DNA of 64,000 nucleotides from Macrostomum hystrix. Its lineage: Eukaryota > Animalia > Platyhelminthes. Made by a program: the position numbers and the translations under genes. The first letter of the stretch is position 1. Each line of letters begins with the position of its first letter. The stretch is from positions 5,084,001 through 5,148,000 of the forward strand of contig CATNEN010000007.1 of NCBI GenBank assembly GCA_950097015.1, read 5' to 3'. Of the stretch, positions 49,834-60,039 are shown in pieces. The notes beneath the pieces are model-generated. The model searched no databases and was not told the origin of the DNA. It saw only the letters and a program-made list of their open reading frames with translations.

Positions 49834-52800
49834 ATGAGCACTGAGCGCATGTCCAATCGCAGCCTGGGCGAGCAGCTGCAGGCATTCTACAATTGCATTC
49901 TGCTGTCACCTGAGGAGGCTGCTCAGCGTCAGCTGGCCATCGACCGCCTCACCGAACTGGTGCTGGAGACCCTGCCCAATGCCAGCGTCCACCTTGTGGG
50001 CTCCTCTGCCAGCGGCATCGCCTCCAAGAACTCCAGCGTGGATCTCACTGTTGAGGTGGGTGCTTTACCTCACTGCTGGCTTCTTGGGAATCCGACTGCG
50101 AATTTTTTTCCTATGATTTTTGGGTTTGGGGATTATTGGAATTAGGATCCCTTGAATATTTGGATTAGGATCCTTTGGATTAGGATCCTTTGGATTAGGA
50201 CCCTTTGGACTAGGATTCCTTGGATTAGGATACTTTGGATTAGGACGCTTTGGATTAGGATCCTTTGGATTAAAATCTTGTCGATTAGGACTCTTTGGAT
50301 TACGATCCTTTAAATTCGGATCATTTGGATTAGGATCCTTTGGATTAGGATCCTTTGGATTAGGATCCTTTGGATTAGGATCCTTTGGATTAGGATCCTT
50401 TGGATTAGGATCCTTTGGATTAGGATCCTTTGGATTAGGATCCTTTGGATTAGGAGCCTTTGGATTAGGAGCCTTTGGATTAGGATCCTTTGGATTAGGA
50501 TCCTTTGGATTAGGATCCTTTGGATTAGGATCCTTTGGATTAGGATCCTTTGGATTAGGATCCTTTGGATTAGGATCCTTTGGATTAGGATCCTTTGGAT
50601 TAGGATCCTTTGGATTAGGATCCTTTGGATTAGGATCCTTTGGATTAGGATCCTTTGGATTAGGATCCTTTGGATTAGGATCCTTTGGATTAGGATCCTT
50701 TGGATTAGGATCCTTTGGATTACGATCCTTTGGATTAGGATCCTTTGGATTAGGATCCTTTGGATTAGGATCCTTTGGATTAGGATCCTTTGGATTAGGA
50801 GCCTTTGGATTAGGAGCCTTTGGATTAGGATCCTTTGGATTAGGATCCTTTGGATTAGGATCCTTTGGATTAGGATCCTTTGGATTAGGATCCTTTGGAT
50901 TAGGATCCTTTGGATTAGGAGCCTTTGGATTAGGAGCCTTTGGATTAGGATCCTTTGGATTAGGATCCTTTGGATTAGGACCCTTTGGATTAGGATCCTT
51001 TGGATTAGGATCCTTTGGATTAAAATCATGTCGATTAGGACTCTTTGGATTACGATCCTTTAAATTCGGATCATTTGGATTAGGAGCCTTTGGATTAGGA
51101 TCCTTTGGATTAGGATCCTTTGGATTAGGATCCTTTGGATTAGGATCCTTTGGATTAGGATCCTTTGGATTAGGATCCTTTGGATTAGGATCCTTTGGAT
51201 TAGGATCCTTTGGATTAGGATCCTTTGGATTAGGATCCTTTGGATTAGGATCCTTTGGATTATGATCCTTTGGATTAGGATCCTTTGGATTAGGATCCTT
51301 TGGATTAGGATCCTTTGGATTAGGACCCTTTGGATTAGGATCCTTTGGATTAGGATCCTTTGGATTAAAATCATGTCGATTAGGACTCTTTGGATTACGA
51401 TCCTTTAAATTCGGATCATTTGGATTAGGAGCCTTTGGATTAGGATCCTTTGGATTAGGATCCTTTGGATTAGGATCCTTTGGATTAGGATCCTTTGGAT
51501 TAGGATCCTTTGGATTAGGATCCTTTGGATTAGGATCCTTTGGATTAGGATCCTTTGGATTAGGATCCTTTGGATTAGGATCCTTTGGATTTGTTGTGCA
51601 GTGTCAAAGCAGCCCGGCCCTAACGGCTTTCTCTCTTCTTCTTCTGTCTATGGTCCCGTTAAGCTAAGCTTCGCCTCAACTGTTGCACCCCTTTTACCCC
51701 CCCCCCAAGCTAAACGTAAGAGTGACTACACGGCTTATTCGCACGCGCGGCTTTAACCCAAATACACTCGTTATATTCGCTATAAGAAGCTTCCTTTGAG
51801 TCTTGACAATGGCGTCGCGGCTTGGCGACCTTTTTCTCGGCGATGCCGACCGTGCACTGATGTGGCTCAAGGCCTTCAATGCTCTGGCCCGCGCCAAGAA
51901 GTGGACCGACTCGACCGAATCCCGACAAGTCGCAGACAATTTTTTGGCATCCTGCGGACTGCCTGCTTTGGAGAAGCTGACTCATCTCGTCGCTCCGAAG
52001 GAGATCGACAAGCTGACCTTCCAAGAGATCGAGACAGCCCTGGTGTCCTACTTACAACCTCAGAAGCGCCTCATTGTCGCCGAAAGAACCGACTTTTTCT
52101 CAATTCGTCAGAAAGCTGCTGAGCCGATAGCAGACTATTTAGCTCGCCTGAGGAAAGCAGCAACGCACTGCGCCTTTGACTCTCTGAAGGACTGCGCCAG
52201 TCCCGCAGAGGAGCTGGTGCGGCTTGCTCTCATTTCTGGACTGTACAACCCTGAGCATCAACGGCGCATTCTCGGTGCAATGCAAACCAAGGATCAGACA
52301 ATCTCGGAGATTGTTGACCTCATTCGAAGTTGTGAACAGATCAACACGTTTGTTCAAACCTGTAACTCGGTGCCCCCGGTAGGCCCGGCTGGCCCATTGT
52401 CGCCGCCAGCCCAACATAATGCGGCCACTGACGAATCGGTGCACTACTCCAAAGGTGGACGGCCAACTTCCAATGGTCAGCGCATCGAGGGCTGCAAGTA
52501 CTGTGGCGGATCCCATCACGCAGGCAAGTGCCCGGCATATGGCAAGACCTGTTCCAAGTGCTCCAAGCGCAACCACTTTGCTGCCGTATGCCGCTCTGCT
52601 CTGACTAGCAAATCCGTACATCACGCGGATGTCCCATCCGATGCATCGATGACGCCCGAGCCCTCGAAGATCCTGCATCTTATGGACGTTGATCTGGTCA
52701 ACGCAATCGAAGTTGCATCTGAGACACTTCTTGTAGACGGCGCCAAGGTACCAATGCAAGTGGATACCGGTGCATCCGTCTCCGTGCTTTCTAGCACAAT

Positions 52801-55800
52801 CTGGGAGTCTCTGGGCAGGCCCCCACTGCAAAAGAGTCACCGACGCCTCGAGGCCTACGACGGCCACACCCTAAAGACTCTCGGCAAGCTGTGCTCTACC
52901 GTTGAGATGCGGGGTAGGTTACACCCCGCCGAATTCGTCGTGGTTTCGTCTTTGAAGCCGTTCGGCCTCCTTGGCCGTGATCTTTTAGATTCCGACTCTC
53001 TCTTTCACACCAACTCTCAAGCTCCGAGCCCCACAGTTGCAGCTACAACGCTGCCCACCATCAAGGGCATCAAGGCACAGATGGAGCTGGTTGAAGGCGC
53101 TCGATCCCAGTTCTGCCGTGCTCGTCCGGTTCCAATCGCACTAGAGAAGCAAGTCAACGCAGAGTTGGACCGGCTGCAGCAGCTTGGCATCATCGAGCCT
53201 GTGGAGGGTCCTGTGAGCAACGCTTCTCCGGTCGTCTGGATCAAGAAGAAGGACGGGACGTTGCGCATGTGCGCCGATTACAAGGTCCATGTGAACGACA
53301 AAATAAAGCCAGAGTCATACCCTATTCCAAGCATCGAGCACCTCTTTGGCAAGTTAAAGAATGCCAAGAAGTTTGCCAAGATTGATCTGAGGTCGGCTTA
53401 CTGGCAGATCGAGCTGGACGAATCCGCCCAAGGCATCTCTATCATCAATACCTCGCGAGGCCTATACCGCGTCAAACGCCTTCAGATGGGCATGAAAAAC
53501 GCTTCATTCATTTTTCAACGCACAATGGAGAGCATCCTCTCCGACTTGAAGGGACTACTGATCTATCAAGACGACATCATGGTCTATGCTGAGAACGTTG
53601 AAGCACTCCAGAAGCGTCTGAAAGCAGTCAAAACGCGCCTGGCCGAAAAAAAGGTAACGGTCAATGAAGACAAATGTACAGGCATTTGCGATTCGATTTC
53701 ATTCCTTGGATTCGAAATTTCTGCCGCTGGAATTCGGCCCGATGATAAGCTCGTGGACAAAGTTTGCCACATCTCGACACCGAAGACCAAGAAGGAGATC
53801 GAGCAATTTCTCGGTCTGGTGAATTTCTTCGGCCGCTTGATTCCTGACTATTCCGCCAAGGTCGCCCCATTGAACGAACTGCGCAAGGCATCCACGCCGT
53901 TTGTCTGGTCTGAAGCATGTGCTCGCGCTTTCGAGAATCTCAAGAAGGAGATCTCATCACGACCAATAGTACAACCGTACAGCCTGGAGAAGGAGGTGAC
54001 CCTCACAACAGATGCCTCTAAAGGAGCGTTGGCAGGCGTTGTTACCCAGGAAGGACGCCCTGTAATCTTTATCTCTAGGACACTGTCCAAGGCCGAGACT
54101 AACTATTCCAACATTGAACGGGAAGCACTCGCCATCTTCTGGGCCGTCTGTCGCCTGAAACACTACCTCCAAGGCCGACGATTTACGGTACAGACGGATC
54201 ATCAGCCTCTTCTACGGCTTTTCGGTGGCAGCATACCAATGAGTTCATCGGCAAGAATCAGTCGCTGGGCCCTTTACCTGATGCAATTTGACTTTAGCGT
54301 GGTCTACGTTCCCGGATCGCGCATTCCGCATGCCGATGCGCTTTCTCGTCTGCCGTTTGATAATAACAGTCAAGACCCGGCCGACGCATTCGAGGCAATC
54401 AACTCAGTTGCCTTTGAATCCCCTACTATCAATCCTCGACGGATCGCTAGCGAACTTGATTCTGATCCACTGCTACAGCGCATCATACGTCGCGTACGCA
54501 ATGGCGACTGGCATAACTGCACACAAGCAGAGGCCGCTTTCAAGAGAAACGCAGCAGCTCTAACAATCGAGAACGGCCTCCTCTACATGCACCGGCGCGC
54601 ATTCATACCTCCGCGTCTCCGGAAAGAGGCCTTCGATGCGATTCACGACACTCATAGCGGTACTTCTGCCAGCTACCACCTCCTGGAGCTGTCCTGCTGG
54701 TGGCCCGGCATGCAGCGCGACGTGGAACGATTCGTGCGGCAGTGTGCTGCATGCAGCAGCCTGCGGCCCCGACTGCAGAAGTCCCGAGATGCTTGGCCAC
54801 CTGCTGATGCTCCATTTCAGCGCATCCACATGGACTGGGCCTTCGTGCCCGAGGTGGGCAACATTCTCATTGTAGTGGATTCCTATTCCGGATGGATTGA
54901 AGCCTTTCCATCCCGCGACAGGACGGCAGACAGGGTTATTTGCTCGTTACGTACTGTATTCACGAGATTTGGAGTCCCAGAGGTGGTGGTCTCCGACAAC
55001 GGACCGGAATTCACGTCTGATGCCCTGCTGTCCTGGCTGCATGCCAACGGCGCCCGAAAGATGGAAACCCCTCCCTACTCGCCACAATCTAATGGTGCGG
55101 CCGAGCGAGCAGTCCAAACTGTCAAGAGGGCCCTGCAGGCCTGGACACAGAGACTGACCCACTCTGACTTCATTGCGTTTTTGCAGAAGGTTCTGCTTCA
55201 CCACCGCAACTCGTCAGGTGCAAGGTCAAAGACACCGGCTGAGCTCGTGTTCGGTCGACGACTTCGCGTACCTGTTGTCTCGGCTTTCCAACAAGGTGAC
55301 CAGGTCGTATACAAGGCCACCGACCACACCCCGTCCCGAGGCGCAGAGTTCCTCATGACCCAAGGGCGCAACACATCCTGGTTGCTGACGGACGACAAAC
55401 TGCGTCTGGCAAGCAACAATCAGATTGCCCCGATGCTCTCACGCACTTCTGAGGACGACGAGGACGAAAGTCTGGAGCCGCCGGCAAACATGCCTCCCAA
55501 TGAAACCCCGACACCACCGGCTCCGGTGGCAGATCAAGTTCCGCGCAGGGGTGACCGAAATCGGCGACAGCCAGACCGATACACACCCTGACACTGTGAC
55601 GGTTGATATGTTGCCCTCCCGATAAGACTAACATAGCCACAAAAAAAATAGCCACATGCGCTCGTTGTTTTGTTTCATTTGACTGGAGGGAGACATGTTG
55701 TGCAGTGTCAAAGCAGCCCGGCCCTAACGGCTTTCTCTCTTCTTCTTCTGTCTATGGTCCCGTTAAGCTAAGCTTCGCCTCAACTGTTGCACCCCTTTTA

Positions 55801-58557
55801 CCCCCCCCCAAGCTAAACGTAAGAGTGACTACACGGCTTATTCGCACGCGCGGCTTTAACCCAAATACACTCGTTATATTCGCTATAAGAAGCTTCCTTT
55901 GAGTCTTGACAGGATTAGGATCCTTTGGATTAGGATCCTTTGGATTAGAATATTTTGGATTATGATCCTTTGGATTAGGATCCTTTGGATTAGGATCCTT
56001 TGGAAAGTGATAGGGAAATTCTAATCTACCTGTAACTCGCTCAACTCAGGTTGCCAAGGAGAATGCAGAAGCTCCCACGGAGGCAGGTGCTGAGGCGGCT
56101 CCAGGAGCAGCCCAGGTGGATTCCGCTGAGCCAGACGCCACTCGTCTTGGCCGGGAGCGAGCCGACCTCATCCTGAGCGTCCTGCGCCGTCGGGAAGGCG
56201 AGTTTGTTCGCGTCCAGGTGATGCACAGCCGCCAGGTGTCGGTGGTGACCTGCGTCTATCGGCAGGCCGACCTTCGCTGCTCGGTGCGTCTGGGCAGTTG
56301 CGGCAGTCACAGGCGGGCCGCAGCCCTGCTCAACGGCCTCTCATCGCTGAGCGAAGCCTTCCGCCTGCTGACTGTGGTCACGCGAGAGTGGGCGCTGTCC
56401 CGCCAGCTCATCCGCAGGAAGGGAGCTCTGACGGGATACGCCGTGGCTCTGCTGGTGCTGTTCCACATGGAGCAGGGTAAGACCTACTGTGCTCACTTTG
56501 GCCTTGACCCGTCAACTGGCTTATCACTGGCCCATCACCTGTCATTCCTTCGAACCGTCAACTGGCTTATCACTGGCCCATCACCTGTCATTCCTTCGAA
56601 CCGTCAACTGGCTTATCACTGGCCCATCACCTGTCATTCCTTCGACCTGTCAACTGGCTTATCACTGGCCCATCACCTGTCATTCCTTCGACCTGTCAAC
56701 TGGCTTATCACTGGCCCATCACCTGTCATTCCTTCGACCTGTCAACTGGCTTATCACTGGCCCATCACCTGTCATCCATTTATCCCGTTAACTTTTAATC
56801 CCTTTAACCCGTCGAATCCCGCTATTGATCCATCGCTCCCATTTCAACAATCCCCAGGCGGTCTGGTCCCGCCGTCCGTAGTTCGCGCCCTGGCCCGCGG
56901 CCACCGCAAGTCCGAAGTGTCAGAAGCGCTGCGCAAATGGCAGCCGGAGCCGCTGAGCACAGAGCAGCTGGGAGAGCAGTTCTGCGGCCTAGTCCGCCTC
57001 TACGCCACCATCGGCTTCTTCGCTTCCAGCGCAGTCTGCGTGCTGACTGGCCGTCTCCTGGACCGCGGCGGCAGAGACGACCCGTTCCCGGGCGCTCGGG
57101 TCAGCCTGCCCTGCCCGGTGTCCGGCGAGAATGTCGGCCGCACCTACTCGCGAGTGTCCGAGCCTGAGGAGCCGTTCTTCAGGACCGCGCTGAATCTGGC
57201 CAAGGACCACGACCTGTTCACCGCCTGCTTCACCCGCAACTTGGACGGCATGCGGAAGGCTAAACTGGTGCAGCAGCTGCCCGCGTTCAGGTGGGCACCG
57301 AGCTCACAGCCTGTGGCTCGATGGCTTTCTAACCCTGTGTTCTGCCTAACAGAGTTCTCCATCCTGTCTAACAGTTTCCCAGTGTTCTCCATCCTGTCTA
57401 ACAGTGTTCTCCATCCTGTCTAACAGTGTTCTCCATCCTGTCTAACAGTGTTCTCCATCCTGTCTAACAGTGTTCTCCATCCTGTCTAACAGTGTTCTCC
57501 ATCCTGTCTAACAGTGTTCTCCATCCTGTCTAACAGTGTTTCCTGTCTCCATCCTGTAATCCAATTGGCCAGCTATTCCTCTCAGTGATCCCATTCGCAT
57601 TCCCCAATCCCACTGGCCAGGCGCCTGGAGGAGCAGAATCTCGTGCCGCCGATGCAACGCCTGGTGGAGCGGGTCCAGCGCACCCTGCAGAACCGCGGCC
57701 GCTCTGGCTACGAAAAATTCGCCGGCCGTCTGGCGGCTGCCGCCTCCGGCAACGAGGCCGCGCCCAACAACTCGTCACCACCGCAGCAGCAGAAGCAGCA
57801 GCCTCAGTACCATCAGCAGCAGCAGCCTCAGTACCGTCAGCAGCGGCAGCAGCAGGCCGGAGTCCCAGCGGCGCCTCGATTTCGCGCCTCTTCGTCGCCG
57901 AAGCAGCTCGTTCGCCCGCAGCCGCTGGCATTTTACCGAGAAATTCCTCGCCCTCCGCGACCCGTGCTGCGACTGCCGCGTAGCTGCAGCGGCGGCGGAC
58001 GCGCCAAGGTGTCCAGATCGAAGTCCGGCGACCGTCCCGCCCTAGCTCAGGCGCAGAAGAAGCCGAGGTCTAAGCGCGGCGGTCGTCATGCCAACAAGCC
58101 GCGGTCCAAGTCGGAAGTGGCCGCTTCGAAGAGTGCCAAGGCTGAAGCAGCCAGTGAGCAGCCAGCAGAGGCGGTAAAAGAGGAAGCCATTGAGAAGCCG
58201 ACTGAGGAAGCCCAGAAGGTGGCTGAGGGCATCGTGAAGGCTGCAAAGCCAGTAGCTGAAGTCGCTGCTGAGTCAGTCGTTGAAGTCAAGCCTTCGGTTC
58301 CTTCTTCGACCTCCGCCGAGGTCAAGCGGGCCACCTTCGCTTCCATCGCAGCCAAGTCGATGTCGGCTTCGGCCAGCGCAGCTCCTGACTCCGCTGACAG
58401 ACGCCCGCTGGCTGTGAATAACCGGGCCGACTGTCAGCCGGCTGCATCGTCTCAGTCGCTTCCCCAGCAGCAGCGGCAAGCCTCGCAGAAGCCGCAGCAG
58501 TCGTCCTCAGCCAACGGTCCGCGATCCTATGCCCGTGCGGTCTCCGGCAGTCGCTAA
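49834..58557 (+). CDS. TUT/GLD-2-family (Pol beta-like) non-canonical nucleotidyltransferase homolog with degenerate active site, 4 exons (49834-50055, 56050-56476, 56858-57290, 57621-58557), ~672 aa
   Basis: VHLVGSSASG...SSVDLTV (hGS...DxD motif), HSRQVSVV, LTGYAVALLVLFHMEQ (LSSYA-like), LGEQFCGLVRLYA and SLPCPVSGENVGR (PAP-associated-like), then a basic/Q/A-rich tail. Splice phases are consistent (2019 nt). Confidence 0.78.
50140..51591 (+). repeat. 15-bp satellite (TGGATTAGGATCCTT), left part
   Basis: Directly visible. A ~70-bp divergent block recurs at ~50265, ~51020 and ~51365. The array continues after the LTR element. Confidence 0.97.
51592..55911 (+). mobile_element. Intact Ty3/Gypsy (Mag-like) LTR retrotransposon, 4320 bp
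   Basis: LTRs 51592-51808 and 55696-55911 (TG...CA) look identical except for one C in a poly-C run. 5-bp TSD GGATT. PBS-like TGGCG at 51810. Polypurine tract GACTGGAGGGAGACA at 55681-55695. Confidence 0.97.
51809..55591 (+). CDS. Gag-Pol polyprotein (two CCHC knuckles, protease, RT, RNase H, integrase), 1260 aa
   Basis: CKYCGGSHHAGKC and CSKCSKRNHFAAVC, VDTGAS, YQDDIMV, TTDASK...EREALA...TDHQPL, HHCC zinc finger, DSYSG, SDNGPEF and AERAVQT. PR-RT-RH-IN order; uninterrupted ORF. Confidence 0.97.
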   Translation: MASRLGDLFLGDADRALMWLKAFNALARAKKWTDSTESRQVADNFLASCGLPALEKLTHLVAPKEIDKLTFQEIETALVSYLQPQKRLIVAERTDFFSIRQKAAEPIADYLARLRKAATHCAFDSLKDCASPAEELVRLALISGLYNPEHQRRILGAMQTKDQTISEIVDLIRSCEQINTFVQTCNSVPPVGPAGPLSPPAQHNAATDESVHYSKGGRPTSNGQRIEGCKYCGGSHHAGKCPAYGKTCSKCSKRNHFAAVCRSALTSKSVHHADVPSDASMTPEPSKILHLMDVDLVNAIEVASETLLVDGAKVPMQVDTGASVSVLSSTIWESLGRPPLQKSHRRLEAYDGHTLKTLGKLCSTVEMRGRLHPAEFVVVSSLKPFGLLGRDLLDSDSLFHTNSQAPSPTVAATTLPTIKGIKAQMELVEGARSQFCRARPVPIALEKQVNAELDRLQQLGIIEPVEGPVSNASPVVWIKKKDGTLRMCADYKVHVNDKIKPESYPIPSIEHLFGKLKNAKKFAKIDLRSAYWQIELDESAQGISIINTSRGLYRVKRLQMGMKNASFIFQRTMESILSDLKGLLIYQDDIMVYAENVEALQKRLKAVKTRLAEKKVTVNEDKCTGICDSISFLGFEISAAGIRPDDKLVDKVCHISTPKTKKEIEQFLGLVNFFGRLIPDYSAKVAPLNELRKASTPFVWSEACARAFENLKKEISSRPIVQPYSLEKEVTLTTDASKGALAGVVTQEGRPVIFISRTLSKAETNYSNIEREALAIFWAVCRLKHYLQGRRFTVQTDHQPLLRLFGGSIPMSSSARISRWALYLMQFDFSVVYVPGSRIPHADALSRLPFDNNSQDPADAFEAINSVAFESPTINPRRIASELDSDPLLQRIIRRVRNGDWHNCTQAEAAFKRNAAALTIENGLLYMHRRAFIPPRLRKEAFDAIHDTHSGTSASYHLLELSCWWPGMQRDVERFVRQCAACSSLRPRLQKSRDAWPPADAPFQRIHMDWAFVPEVGNILIVVDSYSGWIEAFPSRDRTADRVICSLRTVFTRFGVPEVVVSDNGPEFTSDALLSWLHANGARKMETPPYSPQSNGAAERAVQTVKRALQAWTQRLTHSDFIAFLQKVLLHHRNSSGARSKTPAELVFGRRLRVPVVSAFQQGDQVVYKATDHTPSRGAEFLMTQGRNTSWLLTDDKLRLASNNQIAPMLSRTSEDDEDESLEPPANMPPNETPTPPAPVADQVPRRGDRNRRQPDRYTP
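55912..56003 (+). repeat. 15-bp satellite, right remnant after the LTR element
   Basis: Same GGATTAGGATCCTTT unit. Confidence 0.95.
56505..56775 (+). repeat. 46-bp tandem repeat, ~6 copies, in TUT-like intron 2
   Basis: Unit GTCAACTGGCTTATCACTGGCCCATCACCTGTCATTCCTTCGA(AC/CCT). Confidence 0.92.
57340..57555 (+). repeat. 22-bp minisatellite (GTGTTCTCCATCCTGTCTAACA) in TUT-like intron 3
   Basis: Directly visible. Confidence 0.92.
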
Positions 58558-59624
58558 GCTGAGTGAAGAGGCTGACGGGACAGGCACTCTGACTGACCTG
58601 CTAGTGATTGCGAGTGATTGCGCTGTTTGTTGTCTTTTTCTGCACCCACCCCTCCTCGAGTTCACTGCTCTGCCGCTCTCTGAATCATGAAATAAGAAGC
58701 TGCGTTTATTTCAATTATCCTCCGATGAAGGGGCTCGTTAACTGTTTCCAATGCCTCGCATGCGAGTACTTTCACTTGCACATTGTGCGCAGGAGCTGTA
58801 TGTTTATTGTGCTCACAGTAGCTGTATGTTTATAGTGCTCACATTTGCCCACTTTCCAGTGCAATGTAAGCCTGCCCGCCAAATGTATTTCTGCTTTTAT
58901 CATTTACTTTCTCTCTCTACAGAATCTACTCAGTGGAAGGCATTTCAGCTGCTCAGCGTCTGCTAAGTTTTTAAGGGATGCAGTTTAGTTTTGTTTATTT
59001 TTTCTCGTTTTTTGACAGCTTTACTGACTATCGCCAATGCTAGCAATCTGACTACTTACATCAGTAGTGTGTCGGTGTTTTGGATTGTGTCTATTGTGAA
59101 TCGGATTCTCCTATTAGCTCAGCGGTGCTGTTCTCAGATGCGCATTTTGTGTTAACGAATCGATTTTCAATGCTGCTAACCTGGCTGACAATGAGGCTTC
59201 CTGCTTTTCTGCTTTTTATTATAATTTAATTATCTGCTGATTTCTGCTCACCTGACTCACCTTTACCGACCCTCCATTGCGTGTCTATTTTCAAGTCTTC
59301 CTCTGAATTCGAAAGCTGTTCTCACTGCTCAACTGTCGATTACTCCCTTGCATCCCTATCTTATCTGTTGTTTGTTTGCCACCTGAGCTTTGTGGCATTC
59401 TCCAGCTCGCTAATTGGTGCTGACCCACCCACCTGATGCTGCTGTGTGAGTTTGGCTTATTTATTATTTTAATTGCAACCTGCGTGTGACTTAATTTAAT
59501 AATTTTGCTACAAAACTGCCCCCCTCTGTTTAATCTGAACAAGTTTTTTTCTAAATTAACTTCATTTATAAGGAAAATCAATCCGAGTTTCTGTCTTTCA
59601 AATGCCTTCTTCATTTTTTTCTGG

Positions 59625-60017
59625 TGACTGGTGACAGGTAACTGTTCACTATCTAAAGGGTAACTGTTCACTGTCTAACAGGTAACTGTTCACTGTCTAA
59701 CAGGTGACTGTTCACTGTCTAACAGGTAACTGTTCACTGTCTAACAGGTGACTGTTCACTGTCTAACAGGTAACTGTTCACTGTCTAACAGGTAACTGTT
59801 CACTGTCTAACAGGTGACTGTTCACTGTCTAACAGGTAACTGTTCACTGTCTAACAGGTAATTGTTCCCTATCTAACAGGTGACTGTTCTCTGTCTAACA
59901 GGTGACTGTTCACTGTCTAACAGGTGACTGTTCTCTGTCTAATAGGTAATTTTACCCTGTCTAACAGGTGACTGTTCACTGTCTAACAGGTGACTGTTCA
60001 CAGTCTAACAGGTAACA
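59625..60017 (+). repeat. 22-bp minisatellite (GGTAACTGTTCACTGTCTAACA)
   Basis: Directly visible. Shares CTGTCTAACAG with the 57340 array. Confidence 0.93.
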
Positions 60018-60039
60018 TGTTTCCTATACTCTTTGCCAT

